Positions 9,060 through 19,212 of a DNA stretch of 64,000 nucleotides are shown here, piece after piece; the first letter of the stretch is position 1, and each line of letters opens with the position of its first letter. The stretch comes from an uncultured virus (IMG/VR IMGVR_UViG_3300029922_000048) (Duplodnaviria > Heunggongvirae > Uroviricota > Caudoviricetes): IMG/VR virus record IMGVR_UViG_3300029922_000048. One strand, written 5' to 3'. Under the pieces are notes generated by a model. It was not told the DNA's origin. It ran no database searches and saw only the letters and a program-made list of their open reading frames with translations. The translations under genes and the position numbers were made by a program.

Positions 9060-12000
9060 ATGGCTACCGCTCTGGATTATCAATCGGCGAACAGCAGGAT
9101 TAACTACCCCTTTGTAGATGACCCTGAGATAATCGCATCACCAACCATCAAGACCAACGTCTTGGTGGACTTCCAGTACGTTGATCTGGTTGGAGGAGTC
9201 AACCGCGTCTACCTGAGCCGAATTGTCTCGGTAGCCAGCACATCTATCACATTCTACTTCACTGACCCCAATACCTCTACCCTATTGGCTTCTATGGAGG
9301 TAGCGGCTGCAGACGCAGTGAGCCATATTGAGAACACAGGGCAAAGCTTTGTCAGTACGTCAGGAGATGCCTATACGATCAAGATGGAATTCGGTGAAGG
9401 CATCGCTGGCTTGATATCGCAGAGCTTCGACACGACCTATACCGCCGCAGAAACTGAGTTTGTATCAACTACTGTTGTCCCCTATACCTCTACACTGAAA
9501 ACCTTGGTAGTTAAGAACAACTACCCAGCCTCTACGGTCCACACATTTGGGGCCAACGCAGTAGTGAATCTGCTGCCGGGAGCCAACATAGACACCCAGT
9601 TGGTGGACAGTGCGTTGTCGCTAGCGATTGTCCCTAGGGCAGGTACAGGGTTGTTCTCGAATTGCGAGGACTTGGACCCCGCTAACCTGTCTACCATTAA
9701 TGGTCAACCCGCAGATTCCAACGGCAATTTCTCCCTCACTTTCGACCAATGTTATAGCATGACGGTACTGAATACTGGGGACCTGACGACCTACAGCTCA
9801 GAGTTGACCCCTTACGAGACATTCTCGATACCCTATCAGGACCCCGATACCTACAACGCTGTCTCGGTAGGGCATTCATTCCTGGTGATCAACAACTGCT
9901 CACCCAAGTGCGCCCCTGCGAATATCAACGCATTTGCTGACTACATGATTCGTGTGCAGGATGGTATGTACGAATTGTACGGAGCTGCGGTGGAGTCTGA
10001 CCACACTGCGGGCGATTTCACTGCAACTGTATCATCCACCGCTATCGAAGCTACCTCGTTCACTTCATTGATTAGCGGGAACTCAGGGTTCGCCAAGTAT
10101 TTCCACGAAGGCCGAGCCATTACGTTGACCTACGCTTCCAGTACGCAGGAGACCACCATTGTGGAGGTATTGGATGCCAACAACATCACGGTTGCAGATG
10201 CCCTGACAGGGTCTGGCTCAGCAACTTTTCTGGTTGATGATGAGGGTCTCTACGACCAGCTCAACGATGCGATAGCGGCCTTCAATGCTAATGTGGCAGC
10301 TGATTTGGTCAACCCCTACGGTTCCATCATCTATACGTTGACGCCAGGTACGAATGAGTACGAGCAGTACGGAACCTACATCTCGATTGTTGCCACCATC
10401 GCGAACCCGACTCCCGATAGCATTTCCTACAATGTTATTTTCGCACCTTCTGGCTACATCCAGAACGTTGAGGGTACAACAAAGATCGATCACGAGGGTG
10501 TTGTCACGTATGGGGAGACTAGCGGTACCCTCGGATGCAAAGAGTCTTCTTTTGTGCTCACCACACTGTTTATTCCGTGTGGTAGTGATACAGGGGTTGT
10601 TGATGTCTACATTGAGCGTACTTGGAGTGAGGCGTTATCCCCTCAGCTAGTAAAGCAAACAGCCATCAATGGATATCAACGCATATCGATTCCGGCCACT
10701 CCGTGTGATCCAGCCTATTCGCCAGCCGCCACTGTCCCGATAGTGTCGAGTGACTTGCTGAACTACAACATCCCAGGGTTTGCCGCAGGCTTTGTGGCTT
10801 TCGACGAAACGGCTATTCCGGCGTGGATGACGACCACCACCGCGATTCCCCCAGCCGATGACACTTACAATCTATCAGGAACACCAACCGAGACTACGGT
10901 GGTCAAATACTTGATTGCCTCAGATGTCATGACCTCGGACGCCACGACCCAGGTCAATACGGTAATCGATGTTCTGGTGGCTCCGGTTGTGACTGCCGCT
11001 ACCGTAGGGGCTGCAGTTGGGATTCCATTCCTGTACCTTGCCAATGTAACGAACTCGCCTACGAGTTGGTCTGCTTCTGGACTCCCCTCAGGGGTCACGG
11101 TCGCCACTGACACGGGAGTATTCTCGGGAACCCCGACCGCTACCGGAACTTTCGCGGTAGACCTGACCGCCACTAACGATGCGGGCTCAGGGAGCGGGAC
11201 CATTACAATCATAGTGGGCTCAAGCCTTGCGGCCCCTGCGGTAACGAGTTCATTGACTGACACCGCTACAACGGGAGACTCCTTCACGTATAGCATCACA
11301 GCATCCAATCACCCCACACGCTTTCTGGCTACCGGCCTACCAGCTGGGCTGTCCGTCAACACCTCGACGGGTGTAATTTCTGGTATCCCGATAGGTTCAG
11401 GCACATTCAGCATCCCGATCTCTGCCTCCAATAGTTCAGGAGAGGGTACCGCCACCCTGGTTCTCGACGTTTCGATTCTGGCACCGGTCATCACCAGCGC
11501 CAACACTGCCAGTGCAACCCAAGGACAGAGTTTCTCCTACACGATTACTGCCACCAACGGACCCACGAGCTTCTCGGCAAGCGGTTTGCCTGCCGGATTA
11601 GATGCGAACACTTCCACGGGGGTGATTTCTGGCATCCCGACAGGTTCAGGTAGCTTCAGTGTCACCCTGGGGGCGACCAACACGGCTGGAACCGGGGGCG
11701 AGACCCTGACTTTGACGGTGTCCGACACAGCTCCGGTCATAACCAGCTCCCTTAGCGTCTCCTTTGCCCAAGGAGCGACTGTAGGGTACGATATCGTGGC
11801 AACCCATACCCCGACCTCTTACGACGCCACAGGGTTGCCCTCAGGGCTTGCAATCAACACCGCAACTGGCCACATCACGGGGTCTGTATCGACCATCGGG
11901 GTCTACGACATCTCTATCACGGCCACCAACGCCTTCGGGTACGATACCGAGACCTTGGTTCTGAGCATTGCATCCACGTCTGCCCCCGCCATAACAAGCA

Positions 12001-12467
12001 GCAGCACAGCATCATTCAACCAGGGGCAGCTCAGCTCATATCAGATCACTGCCACCAATTTCCCAACGAGCTACAGCTCCGGTACACTCCCGACAGGGTT
12101 GTTCCTTAACACTTCCACTGGCCTTATTTACGGTGCACCGGTAAATTATGGAAGCTCCACAGTGTCGATTTATGCCACAAACGGCACCGGTACCGGAACC
12201 ATAACACTCACCATCAACGTGACTCAAGAACCTCCTGTAATTGTCAGCTCGGCGGTCGCAACGGGCTCAGCAGGTTCCTTCTCGTTCCAGGTCATCGGTT
12301 CCAATTCACCGACCTCCTACAGTGCGAGTGGACTTCCCGGTTGGGCGTCGATCAGTGGTGCCGGGTTGATCACTGGTACCGCCACGACCGGTACCACAAC
12401 TTGCACAGTTTCAGCCGCTAACGGGATCGGGACTGGTAACCAATCGCTTAAGATCATCATTTCATGA
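9060..12467 (+). CDS. Tail/adhesion protein, paralog 2, with six C-terminal putative Ig (He_PIG-like) domains
   Basis: LDYQSANSRINYP N-terminus, INGQPADSNGNF; six repeats of about 80-85 aa: APVITS...F.Y.ITATN.PTS..ASGLP.GL..NT.TG.ISG.P...G...V...ATN..G. Confidence 0.8.
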   Translation: MATALDYQSANSRINYPFVDDPEIIASPTIKTNVLVDFQYVDLVGGVNRVYLSRIVSVASTSITFYFTDPNTSTLLASMEVAAADAVSHIENTGQSFVSTSGDAYTIKMEFGEGIAGLISQSFDTTYTAAETEFVSTTVVPYTSTLKTLVVKNNYPASTVHTFGANAVVNLLPGANIDTQLVDSALSLAIVPRAGTGLFSNCEDLDPANLSTINGQPADSNGNFSLTFDQCYSMTVLNTGDLTTYSSELTPYETFSIPYQDPDTYNAVSVGHSFLVINNCSPKCAPANINAFADYMIRVQDGMYELYGAAVESDHTAGDFTATVSSTAIEATSFTSLISGNSGFAKYFHEGRAITLTYASSTQETTIVEVLDANNITVADALTGSGSATFLVDDEGLYDQLNDAIAAFNANVAADLVNPYGSIIYTLTPGTNEYEQYGTYISIVATIANPTPDSISYNVIFAPSGYIQNVEGTTKIDHEGVVTYGETSGTLGCKESSFVLTTLFIPCGSDTGVVDVYIERTWSEALSPQLVKQTAINGYQRISIPATPCDPAYSPAATVPIVSSDLLNYNIPGFAAGFVAFDETAIPAWMTTTTAIPPADDTYNLSGTPTETTVVKYLIASDVMTSDATTQVNTVIDVLVAPVVTAATVGAAVGIPFLYLANVTNSPTSWSASGLPSGVTVATDTGVFSGTPTATGTFAVDLTATNDAGSGSGTITIIVGSSLAAPAVTSSLTDTATTGDSFTYSITASNHPTRFLATGLPAGLSVNTSTGVISGIPIGSGTFSIPISASNSSGEGTATLVLDVSILAPVITSANTASATQGQSFSYTITATNGPTSFSASGLPAGLDANTSTGVISGIPTGSGSFSVTLGATNTAGTGGETLTLTVSDTAPVITSSLSVSFAQGATVGYDIVATHTPTSYDATGLPSGLAINTATGHITGSVSTIGVYDISITATNAFGYDTETLVLSIASTSAPAITSSSTASFNQGQLSSYQITATNFPTSYSSGTLPTGLFLNTSTGLIYGAPVNYGSSTVSIYATNGTGTGTITLTINVTQEPPVIVSSAVATGSAGSFSFQVIGSNSPTSYSASGLPGWASISGAGLITGTATTGTTTCTVSAANGIGTGNQSLKIIIS
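10980..12467 (+). repeat. Six tandem Ig-like (He_PIG) coding repeats
   Basis: Units begin APVVT, APAVT, APVIT, APVIT, APAIT, PPVIV. Confidence 0.85.
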
Positions 12468-12471
12468 CCAC

Positions 12472-12500
12472 TTGACTAGCGGTACATTGTATGGAAAGGT
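12472..12500 (+). promoter_or_regulatory. Possible promoter TTGACT-N17-AAAGGT, 5 nt before GTG
   Basis: Good -35; weak -10 that keeps A-11 and T-7. Confidence 0.35.
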
Positions 12501-12505
12501 AATGT

Positions 12506-13780
12506 GTGGCCTCAAACCTAGATTTTCTAAACAAGAACCTGTATCGTCGATATCCATTCCGAGTAGGTGCTGAGTTGTTGTCAGTCAACGGTTTAACACT
12601 GCCCGATGACGTAATTTCATCCTGTTCCATAACCACCCAGTTGGCGATCAACAACCTGTGGATTCCCAGCATCACGATCCGCAATGGGTTCGTATCAGTG
12701 GTGGTTGAGCATTACGACTCAAACCCAGATGACTGTGTCGTGATTGGTACTTTCACGGGTCAGATCACCGACGACCTACAGTCGCTCAGGATGACGCCAT
12801 TCTTGGGCAGTGTAGACGGGTACATGATCTTCGGTGCGGCGTCAAACATCGCCCTCTACACAGGTACCTACACGTTTACGTATCCGGACGCCATACTGGA
12901 ACCATCCACGGTATTCTGTTATGCCCCACCAGCTGTAACCAGTCTTGTACTCCCCAACGGGACTTTGTCGGGCAACGTAGTATTCGGTAACCTCACCAAT
13001 TTGACTGAGTCCACATCAGCGCTTCCATCGGAGGTGTTCACACTATCGGTGACCGATACCTCAGGTATCTTGAGTTTGGCGGATTTTTCATCGGATTTCC
13101 GCAATTGCCCCACTCCCGAGATTCTGAAGATCAACAGCGCCACCCCTTATCCGGTGGACTCTACCCACAGCAACGACGCCAATATCTACCTGTTGGGAGT
13201 TGATCCCATCACAATGAGCCCAGACCCCGATACGGCGTCTCTTAACATTCTGACACCTGGATTTGACCTCGGTTCGTTGTGTGGTCCGCAATCCAATAAT
13301 CTTCCTCCTGTGAACCCTCTGTACCTGATCAACCGATCAGCGGATTCGTTCACGGGTACCGCCCGTTACTATTCGAAGTCTCAGACTCCTGTAGTGGACT
13401 TCCTGTATTCAACCGCTCCTGAGTTTAAGCTATGGCCTGGCAGCGTCCTGACCTACGTCGCAGACTTCGCCGACACCGTCAACGGCACCTATGTGATCTT
13501 CAACCATTCTACTGACACGCCGTTGTTGCAGTCGGGCCAGGTTGGAAACATCACCAGAATAAAGCTGCAAGTCGATTCAGGGAGTTGCACTGCCAATTTC
13601 TTAATTGGTGCTACATCGATAGCTCCGAACTCCTACACGGTTACCGATGAAGGGCTTGTATTGGTACCCACAGCGGACGCCAACTTCGTCCCTGCGTCCG
13701 ACTTCTCCATCATGACAACATCAACCTCCGGCACCCCGAACGTGACAGTCACGGTGTTCTACAATATCATCCAGTCGTAG
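12506..13780 (+). CDS. Tail structural protein, paralog 3
   Basis: LDFLNKNLYRRYPF N-terminus shared with neighbours. Confidence 0.6.
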   Translation: MASNLDFLNKNLYRRYPFRVGAELLSVNGLTLPDDVISSCSITTQLAINNLWIPSITIRNGFVSVVVEHYDSNPDDCVVIGTFTGQITDDLQSLRMTPFLGSVDGYMIFGAASNIALYTGTYTFTYPDAILEPSTVFCYAPPAVTSLVLPNGTLSGNVVFGNLTNLTESTSALPSEVFTLSVTDTSGILSLADFSSDFRNCPTPEILKINSATPYPVDSTHSNDANIYLLGVDPITMSPDPDTASLNILTPGFDLGSLCGPQSNNLPPVNPLYLINRSADSFTGTARYYSKSQTPVVDFLYSTAPEFKLWPGSVLTYVADFADTVNGTYVIFNHSTDTPLLQSGQVGNITRIKLQVDSGSCTANFLIGATSIAPNSYTVTDEGLVLVPTADANFVPASDFSIMTTSTSGTPNVTVTVFYNIIQS

Positions 13781-13781
13781 T

Positions 13782-14504
13782 ATGATTACCGGCATCCTCA
13801 CGTGGACTAATGAGACTGGACGCACCAGCTATCCCCTGCAACCTAACCAGGCTGTCACCAATGATGTCATCGTCGATGCGCGTTTTGTGCAGTTTGACGG
13901 GTTCATCCCAGTATTGCAATCAATCCTGGTGGGAGCCTCGACCCTTACGCTTACGATCCAGTTTGACCTGCTCACCCTTCAGGTGGTGTACGAGCAGTCT
14001 AGCTTCACGGCTGGAACTAAGCATCTCACCATCTACGATAACGAGAACAGCTACAACAAGCGTTACCTCGGTAGAATTGTATTCGGAGACGGTGTCAATG
14101 ACCTGTGGAACAATCGTGTTAGTCAACTCCTGACTATCGGGGTGCCGTTTACCCCCAATGTGGTGAGATCAGTACCATCGGGCTGCGGACTCTTCACACT
14201 TGGCGGTCGTTTCGGGGCACTGGAATTTGCCGGTGACCCAGATGTCAACGCAGTTTTCTTCACGACGTCTCCTGACGATAACTGGGTAGCTTTCAATGCA
14301 GTAGGGAACTTTATGCTACCAGGATCGCCCCCGTCACCGGCTCTCAAGTTGTTGAATCTTGTGGCTCCCATCGACAACAACATCACGATTGGTACCAACG
14401 ACATCATTAAGGTAACCCCAACGGGAGCTACCACTCTAGCGATTTCGCTTATCGGTAACACCTCTAATACGGTAGACTCAATTGTCTCAACCCTAGCATC
14501 CTAA
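13782..14504 (+). CDS. Tail structural protein, paralog 4
   Basis: LTWTNETGRTSYPL N-terminus; LNLVAPIDNNI variant repeat. Confidence 0.55.
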   Translation: MITGILTWTNETGRTSYPLQPNQAVTNDVIVDARFVQFDGFIPVLQSILVGASTLTLTIQFDLLTLQVVYEQSSFTAGTKHLTIYDNENSYNKRYLGRIVFGDGVNDLWNNRVSQLLTIGVPFTPNVVRSVPSGCGLFTLGGRFGALEFAGDPDVNAVFFTTSPDDNWVAFNAVGNFMLPGSPPSPALKLLNLVAPIDNNITIGTNDIIKVTPTGATTLAISLIGNTSNTVDSIVSTLAS

Positions 14505-15380
14505 ATGGCGCAATCGCAAATTATTGACTGGGTCTTTGAGAATGGCCGCAGAATGTACCCACTACAGGAGTTCTCTGGTCGTACCGCCAATACGGATTAT
14601 GTATTGACCAACAACCTCTTCCTGGACCTCAACCTCTACATCCCCGGCTATCCGCTCACTGACTCGGTCCAGTTGCTCAGTATTGTGGTATCGGGTAATG
14701 AGGTGACGATCACCTTCACGGGCTCTAATGTCTTCACGGTTTCAGACCGTACGGCTATCCAGTTCCCCTACTACACAGGCCGTAGCGCAAATGGATCGTT
14801 TTTGGTTCTCGGTCCCGATATTCTGAATGTCCCGTCCGGAACCAACGCATTCACGACTGTCACGGTAGAGCCCGCTTTGGTCTTTGAGATCAGCAATTTG
14901 TGGAGTGGAGTCAACCAGCTGACATTCACGCCCGAGTTCGAACCAGGCACGGATGTGATCCCCTATTACCGCCCCGCTCTGCCACTAGTCCCGCAGGGAT
15001 CGACCAGTGTATTCACGGGTGTCATTACTCTTCTGGAGGGGTACAACTATGAACTGGACGCCCGCCCCAGCACCATCGATATGCTGGTCGGGGCCGGATA
15101 TGGAATCCCTCTCCAGTGCTCAGACCAATTTATTGACCCCAGCCTCACGGATTGCGCCGACATTATCTCCTACATCAACGGTGTAGGCCCAGACGGTGAC
15201 GGCAATCTCACCCTGACAGCGGGGCTCAACATCAATCTCGTTAACGGGCAAGACGTAGGAAACTTCGTCGATGCCATCGATACAGCAGCCAGCAACGATG
15301 TCCTGGCCAACCCCCACACTATCTTTATAGCGTTGAATTTTGACATCCAGGACCTTTGTACACCAGTACCCGCCAAATGA
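14505..15380 (+). CDS. Tail structural protein, paralog 5
   Basis: IDWVFENGRRMYPL N-terminus; INGVGPDGDGNL repeat. Confidence 0.6.
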   Translation: MAQSQIIDWVFENGRRMYPLQEFSGRTANTDYVLTNNLFLDLNLYIPGYPLTDSVQLLSIVVSGNEVTITFTGSNVFTVSDRTAIQFPYYTGRSANGSFLVLGPDILNVPSGTNAFTTVTVEPALVFEISNLWSGVNQLTFTPEFEPGTDVIPYYRPALPLVPQGSTSVFTGVITLLEGYNYELDARPSTIDMLVGAGYGIPLQCSDQFIDPSLTDCADIISYINGVGPDGDGNLTLTAGLNINLVNGQDVGNFVDAIDTAASNDVLANPHTIFIALNFDIQDLCTPVPAK

Positions 15381-15688
15381 AAAAGCTCGTTCTTTCTAGT
15401 CCCAACCAGCTAGCCCGTTTACTCGACAACAATCCTGTATTGCTTGAGATTCCAGGGTTGTCACCTCTGAAAACAGTGTCTCACCAGCTCGCGCGTGCGG
15501 GGCTTAAAAAGTGCTCGGCTTGTTCGTCGCGTAATTCAAATCTGTACGCTAACGCTCGTCCCCAGATGGAAGCTGCCTTAGCGAACCTAACCACTGAAGA
15601 CTACATAACCATGAAGAAAATTCTTGGGATGGATCAAGTTTGTTATTGGCATAAAATAAATGGTAAGCTCGCGGTAACGTGCCTATAA
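15377..15688 (+). CDS. Small basic CxxC protein
   Basis: ATGA overlap with upstream gene; KKCSACS. Confidence 0.55.
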   Translation: MKKLVLSSPNQLARLLDNNPVLLEIPGLSPLKTVSHQLARAGLKKCSACSSRNSNLYANARPQMEAALANLTTEDYITMKKILGMDQVCYWHKINGKLAVTCL

Positions 15689-15694
15689 TCAGGT

Positions 15695-16282
15695 ATGGTT
15701 CTGTCAACTCCTTCTCAATCCTGTAACAAGACCACCGTACGGTTTCGAGTCAACACTGTTGAGCCTCTGCCGCTGGCTCCATTGGCACAGTTTGGCATAC
15801 CTGGCGTACCTTTCATTATCGCTAATCCGGTCACACCGGAATTCTCACAAGGTGAAGATGTTGTGGCAGATGCGATTTTTAGAATTGATGGTCAGCCAGT
15901 TCTTCCGGCTAGTTGGAACATCACGGTAGTGGTCAAGAACAGCCAGTTCGCGATCCTGAAGACCTGGCAAGGTCTCCTCAATAACGGTCTCTACTACAAG
16001 CCCGATATTGACCAGTACGAATTTTGGATTCCTGGTGCAGTCACTGCCGATCTTTTTGCCGGTACTTATTTTGTAGATTGTGTTGCTACTGAACCGGTTG
16101 GGTCAGGCCCCGGTGGAAGAAACCGTACAATTTTGCTCACCACCGTGGCGTTTGATTTGAAGTACACAGTTTCGAGCCCACACCCTGATTCCGCTGATAC
16201 ACGTCGTCCAGGTCGTATCAATCATGACTGCCAGGAGCCTACCGCTCCCATTGGGGTCAACCCTTTGCGTCCAAGTCTGTAA
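15695..16282 (+). CDS. Hypothetical protein, BppU-like beta-sandwich possible
   Basis: FSQGED...IPGAVTADLFAGTYFVD pattern; TATAAT 5 nt upstream of ATG. Confidence 0.45.
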   Translation: MVLSTPSQSCNKTTVRFRVNTVEPLPLAPLAQFGIPGVPFIIANPVTPEFSQGEDVVADAIFRIDGQPVLPASWNITVVVKNSQFAILKTWQGLLNNGLYYKPDIDQYEFWIPGAVTADLFAGTYFVDCVATEPVGSGPGGRNRTILLTTVAFDLKYTVSSPHPDSADTRRPGRINHDCQEPTAPIGVNPLRPSL

Positions 16283-16309
16283 CCCCCCTCAATAGGGAGG
16301 CCGGATTGT

Positions 16310-16318
16310 TGGTATAAT
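16310..16318 (+). promoter_or_regulatory. Extended -10 promoter TGGTATAAT
   Basis: Perfect TGnTATAAT in the intergenic gap before 16377. Confidence 0.65.
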
Positions 16319-16376
16319 ATTGAAAGGTAAATAGTAGCTTTCGCTGCTCCTTTCTAACGTTAGTAAAAAATCAAAT

Positions 16377-16937
16377 ATGAATCAAACGAAACGCGAACAA
16401 GCAATCATCTGGCTCAAGGGCGGCGGAAACCTCATTCTTCTCCGCAACGTCCAGGCCTACATCACAGTGGCAACGCGGGAGAATCCCGAGGCTCAGGCAC
16501 GCTACATGGGCATGGCCACGGAAGAGGCCTATTACGACCTGATCCTCCCGTTGTTGGATGACTCGTTCACTGAGCAGGAATTGATCCAGATCAACGCCTT
16601 CTACGACAGCCCGCTCGGCAAGAAGATCACGGAAATCACGCCTGACCTGTCCACGACCCTCACCATGGCGGGTCGTACCTGGGGCAGTCAGATCGCCGAG
16701 AAGCTCAGCGCCGAGTTTCCGACCATGACGGATGCCGTCAAGAACGAGGATGTGGCCGCTGAACTCGCCCGCCTCGAACGCATCGACCACGGTCAGATGC
16801 CTGGCGGCGACAGCCCGACCATGATGGCCGAAAAGAAGGCGCTCGGCAGCGGTGTGGGTGAGCCCACCGGTTCCTCCGGCAAGGATGGTTCCGACGATAC
16901 CGCCAAGCACACGAAGGCCCCTCTCCAGACGGCCTAG
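16377..16937 (+). CDS. DUF2059-domain protein
   Basis: FTEQELIQINAFYDSPLGKKI signature. Confidence 0.75.
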   Translation: MNQTKREQAIIWLKGGGNLILLRNVQAYITVATRENPEAQARYMGMATEEAYYDLILPLLDDSFTEQELIQINAFYDSPLGKKITEITPDLSTTLTMAGRTWGSQIAEKLSAEFPTMTDAVKNEDVAAELARLERIDHGQMPGGDSPTMMAEKKALGSGVGEPTGSSGKDGSDDTAKHTKAPLQTA

Positions 16938-16958
16938 TTCAGTTCGGTAGTACTACTG

Positions 16959-17003
16959 TAGGATGTGTGCGGGAGGGCTCCTGGCTCTCCCGCACTAGTC
17001 CTA
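16959..17003 (+). terminator. Long GC-rich hairpin (terminator or processing signal)
   Basis: GTGCGGGAG/CTCCCGCAC core stem extended by TAGGA/TCCTA, followed by ATTATTT. Confidence 0.55.
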
Positions 17004-17023
17004 ATTATTTAACCAGGAGAACA

Positions 17024-17710
17024 ATGTCATTACGTCGAGAAGCTCGTCGGCATACGCACGAGCAGCGAGAACGAGAGTTGCGTCGTCTCATGCGTAGAGA
17101 AGAAGAAGTTTGGAAAACTGCCAGACAGTCAATCGTTTCTATACCATTCGATAAGCCTGTGTTCATGGGGTACAAGATGTTTCACGTAGTTCGGGATGAC
17201 ATCACCCGTTCACCTTGGGCTGAGCAGGCGGCGTTAATCCTTCCCTATGTGAATCATGTCATCTATTGCCGCCGGAAAGATTTCCTCTACAAGGACCGTG
17301 ATACCAAAAAGATGGTACCGGTTAAACATGACCTTCTTCCAATCTGGGGGTATATTTGGAAGAGGGACAAATTGGATGAAGTATGGCCTGCACACATTGT
17401 GGCTAAGTTTGGTCCCGAATACGTTATTCATCGGCATTATGCTTATCGTTGGTTTTGGGGTCATCCTTGGTGGTTTGTTTCAAAGATTTCCCGTCATTAC
17501 GCGACTCACTATCGAGATGTAAACGGTACTTTGGAATCAGAACGTCAGCGAATTCACGAAAAGTTGCAGCAGGAGCATGCTTGGCGTAAACTCTACGGTC
17601 GTGGCGACCATTGCGAAGGGTTGACCCAAGACCCGTTTGATTCCACCAACTGGCATCTGTATTTGGACCGATTGATGGAGACTGGTGATGGTCGCAGGTT
17701 CCGGAGGTAA
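17024..17710 (+). CDS. Hypothetical basic Arg/Trp/His-rich protein
   Basis: AGGAGA upstream of ATG 17024. Confidence 0.6.
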   Translation: MSLRREARRHTHEQRERELRRLMRREEEVWKTARQSIVSIPFDKPVFMGYKMFHVVRDDITRSPWAEQAALILPYVNHVIYCRRKDFLYKDRDTKKMVPVKHDLLPIWGYIWKRDKLDEVWPAHIVAKFGPEYVIHRHYAYRWFWGHPWWFVSKISRHYATHYRDVNGTLESERQRIHEKLQQEHAWRKLYGRGDHCEGLTQDPFDSTNWHLYLDRLMETGDGRRFRR

Positions 17711-17738
17711 CCCCTCCCCCTGCGGCCTAACTAGTTCG

Positions 17739-17747
17739 TGGTATAAT
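17739..17747 (+). promoter_or_regulatory. Extended -10 promoter TGGTATAAT facing a convergent gene
   Basis: Same motif as at 16310. Confidence 0.5.
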
Positions 17748-17764
17748 AAGTTACAAGTAGATAG

Positions 17765-19150
17765 TTAGCTTGCCACTGCCGCTGGAACCACTTTGGTTTC
17801 AGCAGGCTTCTCACCATCCCCAACCGTCACGAGCTTCTTTTTTTCTAGCTCGTCACCTCGGATTACTTGCACATGCTGGTTATGGAAGGCATCAATGATA
17901 CGGTGCAGAATCCCCTCGTGGGTCGGGCTGATGTAGACGTTCATTTTACCAAACCGGGCCATTTGGGTTCGAAGTCTGGAGGCTAACCCGCTCCGGCGTA
18001 AGAGTCCATCCCCCATTACAGCCTTGTAGGGAATGTCATCATGAGTCAGTTCTAGATGCACCAGTGTAGCGTTGCTACGGGTCTCAACTGCAAGTGCATC
18101 CAGGGTAAAGTCCATCACGAGTACTTCACCTTTGTCGGTCGCCTCGTAGTAACCATCAGGCTTTTTGTAGAATGTTTTCCCGCAGATGTCGGCACGTTCC
18201 TTACGAACGGATACCCAGGTATCCTTCAGGGACGTGCCCATATTGTTCTCTAGGGTTGTAAGTTGCCTTTTGTTTAGCTTGTGCAGATTATCTTTCAGGT
18301 GACCAAGGAGCTTACGATCAACCAGGTCCTGAGCGGGTAGCTTAGCGAACTTCAGGAACGGGGTGGACCACATCTCAATGCATTGACTTCCAGATAGATT
18401 GGGACTGAGTTCAATTGGATTCTCCATGAAGCCTGCTGCGTAGGGGCTCCACACCATGCCTTGGTCAAGCGCCAGGGCGTTGAGGTCATTCACCACAGGG
18501 GCTCCCAGAACTCCGTACCAGCCCAGCGCCATTTTGTTATCCATCCGGTACAGGATGTCACGGTGGTTCGGGAACATAGGATCGCAGGCCTCAATTGAGA
18601 ACAGCACCGTGGGGGTGATCCAGCTGGGTACAATCAGCTTTCGGGCATATTGGTAATCACTGGGCCAATCAATCTGAGGGTAGTTCCTGACGATGTTGCA
18701 CGAGATGGAGCCAAAGTGATTTTTGACACAACCCGAGCAGCCATTTTGGATTAGGTATTCCCCTAGGGTGCCACGGTTCTTGAATGGTACGCCGGGGTTG
18801 TTCCAGATGGTCAGGTCTTCGTTCATTTCCTTGCGGGTGATCTTTTCCAGGTTGGTCCAGCTCCCCCAGTTTTCTGCATGACGACGAAATGATTTATCCG
18901 CCTTAGCGCTATATAACAGGTCCATTTCCAGACACTTGGGATGGTTTTGAACGATGTCTTGATAAAGCGATAGGCATTTTATAATATCCACGAAATCCAG
19001 GATGCAACCCCTGAGCTTGTCGGTGTCTTTGTAGTAAGCCAACCACCCTACGTACTGGTTGTACCGGTAGTAGTAGAGGGACGGGTCTTCCCCCAGAACC
19101 GGGAGGTACTTCTCCAGATTGACTTTTGTCACGAATTCAAGTAACTTCAT
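17765..19150 (-). CDS. Hypothetical protein, possibly degenerate primase-like
   Basis: Long minus-strand ORF; start re-called at ATG 19150 behind a promoter; KLIVPSW segment loosely primase-like. Confidence 0.55.
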   Translation of the reverse strand: MKLLEFVTKVNLEKYLPVLGEDPSLYYYRYNQYVGWLAYYKDTDKLRGCILDFVDIIKCLSLYQDIVQNHPKCLEMDLLYSAKADKSFRRHAENWGSWTNLEKITRKEMNEDLTIWNNPGVPFKNRGTLGEYLIQNGCSGCVKNHFGSISCNIVRNYPQIDWPSDYQYARKLIVPSWITPTVLFSIEACDPMFPNHRDILYRMDNKMALGWYGVLGAPVVNDLNALALDQGMVWSPYAAGFMENPIELSPNLSGSQCIEMWSTPFLKFAKLPAQDLVDRKLLGHLKDNLHKLNKRQLTTLENNMGTSLKDTWVSVRKERADICGKTFYKKPDGYYEATDKGEVLVMDFTLDALAVETRSNATLVHLELTHDDIPYKAVMGDGLLRRSGLASRLRTQMARFGKMNVYISPTHEGILHRIIDAFHNQHVQVIRGDELEKKKLVTVGDGEKPAETKVVPAAVAS

Positions 19151-19156
19151 AAGGTG

Positions 19157-19186
19157 AATATAAGAGGGTAAACACCCGAGAGTCAA
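19157..19186 (-). promoter_or_regulatory. Promoter TTGACT-N18-TATATT, 6 nt before ATG
   Basis: -35 at 19186-19181, -10 at 19162-19157 on the minus strand. Confidence 0.6.
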
Positions 19187-19212
19187 CGTCTTTTCAACCA
19201 AATTAATCAGCT

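Noticed and set aside
10865..11740. Minus-strand Pro/Val-rich ORFs
   Set aside because: Antisense shadows of the Thr/Gly-rich Ig repeats
8163..15380. Diversity-generating retroelement or invertible tail-fibre cassette
   Set aside because: No reverse transcriptase, invertase or near-identical nucleotide repeat pair seen; paralogy is at protein level only
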